Source of the DNA: a virus | Strand: one strand, 5' to 3' | Virus record (IMG/VR): IMGVR_UViG_3300045988_003949 | DNA: 5,937 nucleotides | Shown: one piece after another, positions 1 through 5,665 of the stretch | How positions within the stretch are numbered: the stretch's first letter is position 1 | Layout: each line of letters opens with the position of its first letter | The notes under the pieces: generated by a model | What the model was told of the DNA's origin: nothing | The model's input: only the letters and a program-made list of their open reading frames with translations | Databases searched by the model: none | Made by a program: the position numbers and the translations under genes

Positions 1-55
1 TCTACCGTTCAAGCATTGATGGGCAAATCCGTTTCCCTTACACTTTCAGCAAAAA
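1..55. repeat. Terminal direct repeat. Bases 1-55 are identical to 5883-5937, marking the circular-genome junction, so the genome unit is 5882 nt.
   Basis: Exact 55-nt identity between the window start and end, read directly (tctaccgttcaagcattgatgggcaaatccgtttcccttacactttcagcaaaaa). Confidence 0.9.
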
Positions 56-143
56 AGAAAACTGCTGGATAAACAGAACGTGCGAGCTGTCCCGGCAGAG
101 AATCAACCAATTGGAAAACGAAAACAAAATAATGTGGATGTAA
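1..143 (+). CDS. 3' part (frame 3, codons start at base 3) of the wrapped 61-aa ORF (...ENCWINRTCELSRQRINQLENENKIMWM*). It duplicates 5883-5937 and extends to the stop at 141-143.
   Basis: Open frame continuous with 5840-5937 through the 55-nt terminal repeat, with stop TAA at 141-143. The ORF track does not list it because its start codon lies at the other end of the window. Confidence 0.5.
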   Translation, partial: YRSSIDGQIRFPYTFSKKENCWINRTCELSRQRINQLENENKIMWM

Positions 144-156
144 GGAGTTGACGAAG

Positions 157-549
157 ATGATTAAAAGCTATATACTGGACACAGACGGAAACATAAAGCT
201 GGCAAGACACTTCAAAGTAAAAGAATTTGCTTGCAAAGACGGCAGTCAAGTAGTATTCATAGACGACTATCTATACACCATTCTGGATATCTTACGGGAT
301 AAGCTGGGAAAACCGGTCATTATCACCAGCGGATACAGAACACCAGGGTGGAACGCAAAATGCGGCGGAGCAAAATACAGCTATCACATGCGCGGTATGG
401 CAGCAGATATCCGGGTAAATGGAATAAGCGCAAAAGAACTTGCCAACAAGCTGGATGAAATCGTCCCGGATGGATGCGGCATTATCGTATACAAAAGTTG
501 GGTGCACTTTGATGTGCGAACTGGGAAAAAATACAGAAAGGGGGTGTAA
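157..549 (+). CDS. Zinc metallopeptidase of the M15 family (Peptidase_M15_3 / D-Ala-D-Ala carboxypeptidase-like, a phage muralytic endopeptidase), the probable lysis enzyme.
   Basis: The translation carries the family signature: SGYRTPGWNAKCGG, then SYHMRGMAADI (the H-x6-D zinc ligands), then a C-terminal WVHFDVR (third His). The ORF track starts it at TTG 148, but ATG 157 lies 9 nt after AAGGAG (142-147) and is the better start. There is no signal peptide or TM segment. Confidence 0.88.
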   Translation: MIKSYILDTDGNIKLARHFKVKEFACKDGSQVVFIDDYLYTILDILRDKLGKPVIITSGYRTPGWNAKCGGAKYSYHMRGMAADIRVNGISAKELANKLDEIVPDGCGIIVYKSWVHFDVRTGKKYRKGV

Positions 550-552
550 CAA

Positions 553-657
553 ATGGCACTTATCAGCATTAAGGACCTGAAAGCTGCAATCGCAGTTATG
601 CGACAGATCTTGGAAAAGCTAGACGAGATCTATCATGTACTGCATGACAAGCAGTGA
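553..657 (+). CDS. Possible 34-aa micro-ORF (MALISIKDLKAAIAVMRQILEKLDEIYHVLHDKQ), predicted to be an amphipathic helix.
   Basis: ATG at 553 lies 10 nt after AAGGGGG (536-542) and 3 nt after the peptidase stop. It is too short for the ORF track, and coding potential cannot be assessed by eye. Confidence 0.3.
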   Translation: MALISIKDLKAAIAVMRQILEKLDEIYHVLHDKQ

Positions 658-692
658 ATGAATGACGAATGACCTGGAAGGGAGAACTAGCA

Positions 693-914
693 ATGAAATC
701 GTGGAACATAAGAGACCAGCCCAAAGAATCATTGGAAAGACAACTCGTAAAAAAATACAAAGAAATTGATGGCAATTTTAGAATGCTTAGAAAAGTGTCA
801 AACATCGAAGACGCTAAAAAGCTGATAGATGAAATCTGGCAAATGAAAAGCTTTGCAAACAGCATTGAAATGGAACTAATGCGAAGGGAGTATAACAGTG
901 GCACGGCATCGTAA
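693..914 (+). CDS. Hypothetical 73-aa protein (MKSWNIRDQPKESLERQLVKKYKEIDGNFRMLRK...). The start could instead be ATG 669.
   Basis: GGAAGGGAG (677-685) sits 7-8 nt before ATG 693. The frame is open to TAA 912-914 and is co-oriented with the neighbouring genes. Confidence 0.55.
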   Translation: MKSWNIRDQPKESLERQLVKKYKEIDGNFRMLRKVSNIEDAKKLIDEIWQMKSFANSIEMELMRREYNSGTAS

Positions 915-1020
915 AGTAATGAGCGGCGCAAAAGACCGCCGCATTTTCAACGCAACTGCACGAAAAACCAAAAGTATCAACCTCAGCCAAAAGCCTATGC
1001 GTGGCGGGATCCGGCTGTAA
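898..1020 (+). CDS. Small, highly basic 40-aa protein (V/M-ARHRKVMSGAKDRRIFNATARKTKSINLSQKPMRGGIRL). It resembles the DNA-binding and packaging protein of Microviridae (phiX174 J, gokushovirus ORF8).
   Basis: GTG start at 898 lies 7 nt after AAGGGAG (884-890). The protein has about 13 Arg/Lys/His in 40 residues and no acidic block. The gene overlaps the end of the upstream ORF by 17 nt and stops at TAA 1018-1020. It is absent from the ORF track, probably because it is short and starts with GTG. Confidence 0.55.
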   Translation: MARHRKVMSGAKDRRIFNATARKTKSINLSQKPMRGGIRL

Positions 1021-1040
1021 AGGAAAGGAAAGTGGATATC

Positions 1041-1280
1041 ATGAAGCATGAATATTATGGTCTCTGGGACAGTGTGGCGAAGTGCTACGCATGGGTAGGC
1101 GAGAGCAAGAACAGTGCAACCTTTGCACGTATGTGCAACGTAATGGCGAAAGATGAAAAGACGTTTGTCGGACAGGCACCGGGCGACTATACCGGCGTCA
1201 AACTGGCAGAGTTTGACGATGAAACCGGCGAGTTTACCAACGACAAGGAAAAGGTATGGGAGGGCAAGCCGCATGAATAA
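1041..1280 (+). CDS. Hypothetical 79-aa acidic protein (MKHEYYGLWDSVAKCYAWVGESKNS...EFDDETGEFTNDKEKVWEGKPHE).
   Basis: ATG 1041 follows the GGAAAGGAAAGTGG RBS (the ORF track's 1032 GTG start is less likely). Its stop TAA 1278-1280 overlaps the next gene's start as ATGAATAA. Confidence 0.6.
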   Translation: MKHEYYGLWDSVAKCYAWVGESKNSATFARMCNVMAKDEKTFVGQAPGDYTGVKLAEFDDETGEFTNDKEKVWEGKPHE

Positions 1281-1671
1281 ACGATACGAAGAAGGGCGAG
1301 AGCCCTTCTTTTCCAATCCTGGAGAAAAAATCTTAAAGCAATACGTTTGGACGAAGGACGAAAAAGGGGAAGAAGTGCTGCAAGAAACTGCACCAATCGA
1401 TATCCAGCAGGAAATTGAAAGCTATGCGGATGAATGTGATATCAAAAACATTGTCCGAAAAGCGAGTTTTGACCCGCAGTTCCTAAAAAGCCTGTCAGAG
1501 GGAGCACTAAACGGAACGGAAGTAGATATCACCGAGTTTCCGCAGAACATTCACGAGTATCATCGCATGATCGCAACAGCACAGGCAAACGCCATGAAAC
1601 TAAAAGAGCTGCAGGAAGCAGCAAAAGAAGAGCCTAAAACAGAGCCTAAAACAAAGGAGGAAGAAAAGTGA
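1273..1671 (+). CDS. Hypothetical 132-aa acidic, helical protein with a Lys/Glu-rich tail (KEEPKTEPKTKEEEK). From its position and composition it is a candidate internal scaffolding (VP3-like) protein.
   Basis: ATG 1273 lies 8 nt after GGGAGGG (1258-1264). The 1153 start in the ORF track would add a basic N-terminal extension in another gene's frame. The stop TGA 1669-1671 overlaps the VP1 start as GTGA. The function is inferred only from synteny (immediately upstream of the capsid gene) and composition. Confidence 0.6.
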   Translation: MNKRYEEGREPFFSNPGEKILKQYVWTKDEKGEEVLQETAPIDIQQEIESYADECDIKNIVRKASFDPQFLKSLSEGALNGTEVDITEFPQNIHEYHRMIATAQANAMKLKELQEAAKEEPKTEPKTKEEEK

Positions 1672-3341
1672 ATCGAAACAATGAACGGCACTTTAACCAG
1701 ATTCCAGAAGTGAAAGCGAGCCGAACAAGTTTTAACCGCGACCAAACGGTTTTAACAACGTTCGACTCCGGCAAGCTGATCCCATTCTATGTTGACGAAG
1801 TATTACCGGGTGATACATTCAGAGTAGACACGTCAGCAATCATCCGGATGACAACGCCAAAATATCCGGTAATGGACGATGCATTTATCGACTTCTACTA
1901 CTTCTATTGTCCTAACAGAATTCTGTGGGACAACTTCAAGTACTTTATGGGAGAAGTAGAAGCAACACCATGGATGCCAGCAAAAGAATACGCAGTACCA
2001 CAAATCGTAATCAAAGGAACGGAGGCAAAACCAGCACCAGATGAAAAATCCATTCTAGACTATATGGGAGTGCCGACTAAAATCAAAAAAGAATTTAGAA
2101 TTAACGCACTACCCGTAAGAGCGTACGTAAAAATTTGGAATGAATTTTTCAGGGATGAAAACGTAGATAACAAAGCAACACTAAGAACGGACGATGCAAA
2201 CGTAGCCTACGAATTCGGAAATGAAACTTGGGTACAGCAAGCAGAAGACGACGCCTACACCGGCGGAAACTTGTTACCTGTAAACAAATTCCACGACTAC
2301 TTCACCAGCTGTCTGCCTTATCCTCAGCGCGGGCCAGCGGTAACACTGCCGATGGAGGGAAACGCAATGATAAAAGGATTCAACGACCAAAAACTTAAAG
2401 ACCAAACAACTCTATATGCAAACAGCTTTTTTGACGGAAAAACAACACCAGCCAACATAAAAGACAAACTGTATGCAATCTCAACATACGGAGGTGAAGA
2501 ACAAGCATATGTAAACGTCGGAACAGGAGAAGGGGACGTCCATAAAGTAGTGTACCTGGGCGCAGACCTCGGGTCAGCCACAGCAACAACCATCAACGAC
2601 CTGAGAAAAGCCGTAGCAGTACAACAGTACTATGAAGCGCTGGCACGAGGTGGCAGCAGATACCGCGAACAGGTACAAGCACTGTGGGACGTGGTTATCA
2701 GTGATAAAACCGTACAAGTGCCGGAATACCTGGGCGGCGGCAGATATCATGTCAATATCAACCAAATCGTGCAGACCAGCGGACAGCAGACAAACAACGA
2801 CACGCCAATTGGCGAAACTGGTGCAATGTCAGTAACGCCAATCAACGAAAGTAGCTTTACCAAATCGTTTGAAGAGCATGGTTTTGTAATCGGTGTATGT
2901 TGTGTGCGGCACAATCGCAGTTACCAGCAGGGACTTGAACGTTTCTGGAGCAGAAAAGACAGGCTGGACTACTACGTGCCACAGTTCGCAAACTTAGGTG
3001 AACAGCCTGTAAAAAAGAAAGAAATCATGCTCACCGGCGATGCAAAGGACGAAGAAACGTTCGGGTACCAGGAAGCATGGGCAGACTATCGCATGAAACC
3101 TAACCGGGTATCTGGCAAAATGAGAAGTAATGCGGTAGGAACACTGGACTTCTGGCATTATGCAGACTACTATACCCAAGAACCAACACTGTCGCAAGAC
3201 TGGATGGAAGAAGGCAAAATCGAGATTGCACGCACGCTCATCGTGCAAGATGAGCCTCAGTTCTTCGGAGCTATCCGCATAGCAAACAAAACCACAAGAC
3301 GGATGCCATTGTACAGTGTACCGGGCTTGTACAAACTGTAA
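1668..3341 (+). CDS. VP1: Major capsid protein VP1 (Microviridae F-protein family), 557 aa.
   Basis: The N-terminus HFNQIPEVKASRTSFNRDQTVLTTFDSGKLIPFYVDEVLPGDTF is the hallmark Phage_F capsid signature. Its size is typical of gokushovirus VP1. The GTG start lies 7 nt after AAGGAGG (1654-1660). Confidence 0.93.
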   Translation: MNRNNERHFNQIPEVKASRTSFNRDQTVLTTFDSGKLIPFYVDEVLPGDTFRVDTSAIIRMTTPKYPVMDDAFIDFYYFYCPNRILWDNFKYFMGEVEATPWMPAKEYAVPQIVIKGTEAKPAPDEKSILDYMGVPTKIKKEFRINALPVRAYVKIWNEFFRDENVDNKATLRTDDANVAYEFGNETWVQQAEDDAYTGGNLLPVNKFHDYFTSCLPYPQRGPAVTLPMEGNAMIKGFNDQKLKDQTTLYANSFFDGKTTPANIKDKLYAISTYGGEEQAYVNVGTGEGDVHKVVYLGADLGSATATTINDLRKAVAVQQYYEALARGGSRYREQVQALWDVVISDKTVQVPEYLGGGRYHVNINQIVQTSGQQTNNDTPIGETGAMSVTPINESSFTKSFEEHGFVIGVCCVRHNRSYQQGLERFWSRKDRLDYYVPQFANLGEQPVKKKEIMLTGDAKDEETFGYQEAWADYRMKPNRVSGKMRSNAVGTLDFWHYADYYTQEPTLSQDWMEEGKIEIARTLIVQDEPQFFGAIRIANKTTRRMPLYSVPGLYKL

Positions 3342-3352
3342 GAAAGGAGGAA

Positions 3353-3377
3353 GCCCGGAGAAATCCGGGCTATTTTT
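3353..3377 (+). terminator. Intrinsic terminator or attenuator hairpin: GCCCGGA-GAAA-TCCGGGC (7-bp stem, GNRA tetraloop) followed by TATTTTT.
   Basis: A perfect inverted repeat at 3353-3359/3364-3370 with a GAAA loop and a T-run at 3371-3377. It lies between the VP1 stop (3341) and the VP2 start (3380). Confidence 0.6.
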
Positions 3378-3379
3378 AA

Positions 3380-4243
3380 ATGGGGGCATTATCAGGATTC
3401 TTAACAGCGCTAAACGTAGCAGGAAACGTAGCAAATACGGTCGGAACAATCGCCGGAGCAGCAAAAAACGTTGCTGGAGCTTTTGGCGGATGGGGTCAGA
3501 CAGGCAACAGCCAAAGCCAGGGCGGAAGCACAAGCCAAGGTGGTGGACACTCAGAGAGCGGAAGCCAAGCAGGCACAAACATTCAGCAAGTAAACGACTG
3601 GCTAAAACAAGCATACGCATACCAAGGGCAAGAAGCAGCCATGCAAGGTAAATACAACAGTCAAAGCATGTTAAAACAGATGGGTTACAACACCTTACAA
3701 GCAATCATGCAGGGCGTATATAACCACATTGAAAACAGCGTAGCGATGAACTACAACAGTGCAGAGGCACTAGCAAACCGTGAATGGCAAGAGCACATGT
3801 CAAGCACAGCATACCAGCGTGCAGTTGAAGATATGAAGAAAGCCGGCTTAAATCCGATTTTGGCATTTTCTAACGGAGGTGCAAGCACACCAGGCGGATC
3901 TGCAGGAACAATTAGTGGGGCAAGTATGGGACTTGCAAGCAGTAGCGCACTAGGAGTAAGCAGAAGCGGTGGATTTGTACCGAATGCATACTCAAGTTCA
4001 AGCTGGAGTAAAAGTGACTGGTACAACGCCGCAGAAAGCTGGCAGCAGATGCTCAGTTCAACACACATGACGCCATACGGACTGCAAAAGGCGCTTACAG
4101 AAGTAGGAAGCAACACAAGCAAAGCCATTACGGATGCAACAGCAAAGGCAGAAAAGGGCGCAAGACAGAGCAGAAGCATGAAACCGCAAGATAAAACGGG
4201 AAGCTACGGAGAAAAACGAAAGCCGGGTGATTATTTAAAATGA
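3380..4243 (+). CDS. VP2: Minor capsid / DNA pilot protein (VP2, phiX H-like), 287 aa.
   Basis: A Gly/Ala-rich, low-complexity N-terminal half (MGALSGFLTALNVAGNVANTVGTIAGAAKNVAGAFGGWGQTGNSQSQGG...). It sits immediately downstream of VP1, as in gokushoviruses. Its stop overlaps the VP4 start as ATGA. Confidence 0.75.
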   Translation: MGALSGFLTALNVAGNVANTVGTIAGAAKNVAGAFGGWGQTGNSQSQGGSTSQGGGHSESGSQAGTNIQQVNDWLKQAYAYQGQEAAMQGKYNSQSMLKQMGYNTLQAIMQGVYNHIENSVAMNYNSAEALANREWQEHMSSTAYQRAVEDMKKAGLNPILAFSNGGASTPGGSAGTISGASMGLASSSALGVSRSGGFVPNAYSSSSWSKSDWYNAAESWQQMLSSTHMTPYGLQKALTEVGSNTSKAITDATAKAEKGARQSRSMKPQDKTGSYGEKRKPGDYLK

Positions 4244-5259
4244 GTTGTTACAAGCCATTAATAAGGCTGTACAACCCGGAAAACAAAGATATAAGCGGGC
4301 GGGTGTATTCACTTGCCCGCTTTTCTGAAATATCGGGAAAACAGCTCAAATATGAAGATTTGATGTACAGAAAAAACATCATGTTGATACCATGCGGGCA
4401 GTGCATCGGATGCAGAATCAGACAAAGAGAGGACTGGACAACACGAATAGAATTAGAAGCACGAGACTATCCAAGAGAAGAAGTATGGTTTATAACATTA
4501 ACCTATGACGATGATCATGTACCAGGCATGATAGTAAACACAGGCGAAATCATGCGAAAAGTGCAATACGTCTGGAAACCGGGAGAGAAGCGTCCTGAAA
4601 GCGTCCAAACTTTGCTATATCCTGACATTCAAAAGTTCTTAAAACGCCTCAGAAAGGCTTACAGGGGCAAATTACGCTATTTTGTGGCAGGAGAGTACGG
4701 AGAACAGACAGCAAGGCCACATTATCATATGATACTGTATGGATGGGAACCAACAGATCTAGAACACTTGTACAAGATACAGCACAACGGATATTTTACA
4801 AGTAAATGGCTAGGAAACCTATGGGGAATGGGTCAAATACAGATAGCACAAGCAGTACCGGAAACATATAGATATGTTGCAGGGTACGTGACGAAAAAAA
4901 TGTACGAAATTGACGGTCAAAAGGCAAACGCGTACTATGAACTAGGGCAACAAAAGCCTTTTGCATGTATGAGTCTTAAACCAGGCTTAGGAGATCACTA
5001 TTACCAAGAGCACAAAGAAGAGATCTGGAGACAAGGCTACATCCAATGCACAAACGGCAAGCGCGCACAAATTCCACGCTATTATGAAAAAATGATGGAA
5101 GCTGAAAACCCACAAAGATTGTGGAGAATTAAACAGAACAGACAGGCGGCGGTAATCGCGGAAAACCGGCTAAAATACGAAAACGCAGACTTTGAAGAGC
5201 AGTGTAAAACGAAAGAGAGAGTGACAAGGAAGCAAATGAAGAAGAGAGGGACACTTTAA
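4240..5259 (+). CDS. VP4: Rolling-circle replication initiator VP4 (phiX A-like HUH endonuclease), 339 aa.
   Basis: Cys cluster PCGQCIGC (nt 4393-4413). RCR motif 1 WFITLTYDD (about 4486-4512). Motif 2 RPHYHMILYG, with the HUH histidines at about 4720-4728. Motif 3 YRYVAGYVTKK, with the Y-x3-Y-x2-K catalytic tyrosines at about 4867-4899. Confidence 0.93.
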   Translation: MSCYKPLIRLYNPENKDISGRVYSLARFSEISGKQLKYEDLMYRKNIMLIPCGQCIGCRIRQREDWTTRIELEARDYPREEVWFITLTYDDDHVPGMIVNTGEIMRKVQYVWKPGEKRPESVQTLLYPDIQKFLKRLRKAYRGKLRYFVAGEYGEQTARPHYHMILYGWEPTDLEHLYKIQHNGYFTSKWLGNLWGMGQIQIAQAVPETYRYVAGYVTKKMYEIDGQKANAYYELGQQKPFACMSLKPGLGDHYYQEHKEEIWRQGYIQCTNGKRAQIPRYYEKMMEAENPQRLWRIKQNRQAAVIAENRLKYENADFEEQCKTKERVTRKQMKKRGTL

Positions 5260-5278
5260 CAGTGTCATGGTGTCACCT

Positions 5279-5310
5279 AGCCCAGTACCTATCAAGTAAG
5301 GTACTGGGCT
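5279..5310 (+). other. Perfect 11-bp stem-loop: AGCCCAGTACC, loop TATCAAGTAA, GGTACTGGGCT.
   Basis: Exact inverted repeat at 5279-5289/5300-5310 with a 10-nt loop, 20 nt after the VP4 stop. The loop motif TATCAAGTA recurs at 5350-5358. Confidence 0.6.
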
Positions 5311-5370
5311 ATTGCCATTTAAAGGCTCCATGTATCGGACCATTCAGTTTATCAAGTAGATATACTTTAT

Positions 5371-5413
5371 CGCGCGTGCGCACGCGCGCGAAGCGCGCAC
5401 GCGCGCACGCGCG
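5371..5413 (+). other. GC-only imperfect palindrome and hairpin: CGCGCGTGCGCACGCGCGCG, AAG, CGCGCACGCGCGCACGCGCG. The stem has 18 of 20 positions paired and is built from alternating purine/pyrimidine.
   Basis: Read directly. The two 20-nt arms are nearly reverse-complementary with a 3-nt loop, and each arm is a strictly alternating Pu/Py tract that could form Z-DNA. Confidence 0.6.
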
Positions 5414-5563
5414 GCTCTTGGGCGCTATTGTTCGCAAGCTCACAAGCGCCGTATAATATATAACTTGTTGTAGGAGTAGTAGTAGAGATAGTGGAAAAGT
5501 TGAAAAGTACTAAAATTTAACGTTAAAGCGTAAATAAAAAGCAAAAAACAATGTTAAAAGTTT

Positions 5564-5592
5564 TGTTGAAAACTTGTTGAAATGTTGAAAGT
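5564..5592 (+). repeat. Iteron cluster A: three copies of TGTTGAAA(A/T/G) at 5565, 5576 and 5584. Related copies lie at 5499-5507 and 5553-5560.
   Basis: Direct repeats of the GTTGAAA core spaced 8-11 nt apart. Confidence 0.6.
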
Positions 5593-5625
5593 CCGTCAAA
5601 ATGACGAAAATCATTGTGCAACTTT

Positions 5626-5665
5626 TTGTTGAAAACCTGTTGAAAGTGTTGAAAGTGTTGAAAAC
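5626..5665 (+). repeat. Iteron cluster B: four tandem copies of TGTTGAAA(A/G)(C/T), with GTTGAAA cores at 5628, 5639, 5648 and 5657.
   Basis: TTGTTGAAAACC TGTTGAAAG TGTTGAAAG TGTTGAAAAC. The last three copies repeat every 9 nt exactly. Confidence 0.65.

Noticed and set aside
148-156. TTG start at 148 for the peptidase and the 1153 start for the 172-aa ORF, as in the ORF track.
   Set aside because: The TTG 148 start has zero spacing from the SD, whereas ATG 157 is at optimal distance. The 1153 extension overlaps another gene's frame and lacks an SD, whereas ATG 1273 has GGGAGGG 8 nt upstream and an ATGAATAA overlap.
292-569. Minus-strand ORFs (86 and 61 aa) inside the peptidase gene.
   Set aside because: They are antisense to a well-supported + strand gene and lack an RBS. 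Microviridae genes are all on one strand.
596-1396. Minus-strand ORFs of 111, 146 and 69 aa.
   Set aside because: They are antisense shadows of the + strand small-gene cluster. Their Leu/Ser/Arg-rich composition is typical of a non-coding reverse frame, and there are no start signals.
1560-1745. Minus-strand 61-aa ORF over the junction of the upstream gene and VP1.
   Set aside because: It is antisense to the + strand genes and lacks an RBS.
2324-2765. Three minus-strand ORFs inside VP1.
   Set aside because: They are antisense shadows of the strongly supported capsid gene.
2632-2835. A + strand 67-aa ORF in an alternate frame inside VP1, a possible overprinted E-like lysis gene.
   Set aside because: It has no hydrophobic N-terminal TM segment, no RBS, and a stop-free run of ordinary length for chance.
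3316-3651. A + strand 111-aa extremely basic ORF overlapping the VP1 end and the VP2 N-terminus.
   Set aside because: The Arg/Lys richness is a frame-shifted reading of the GGN/GCA/AAC-rich Gly/Ala/Asn codons of VP2. Its GTG start lies inside VP1 without an SD. A better J-like candidate exists at 898-1020. Overprinting cannot be fully excluded without comparative data.
2994-3704. Minus-strand 236-aa ORF (Cys/Leu/Arg-rich) antisense to the VP1 end and VP2 start.
   Set aside because: Its composition is typical of a reverse-frame artefact. Microviridae genes are all on one strand.
3751-4179. Minus-strand 142-aa ORF inside VP2.
   Set aside because: It is an antisense shadow of the supported VP2 gene.
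5262-5456. A + strand 64-aa ORF across the hairpins and the GC palindrome.
   Set aside because: Its RVRTRAKRARAHAR segment is the translation of the CGCGCG palindrome. It has no RBS and sits on structured DNA more plausibly read as cis elements.
5449-5470. AT-rich TATAATATATAAC segment considered as a dif-like or XerCD attP site, as used by some integrating microviruses.
   Set aside because: I could not identify an 11-6-11 arm-spacer-arm structure. It overlaps a plausible -10 hexamer instead.
5495-5665. GTTGAAA repeats considered as a CRISPR array.
   Set aside because: The units are only 9-11 nt with no unique spacers of 25-40 nt, so this is not CRISPR architecture.
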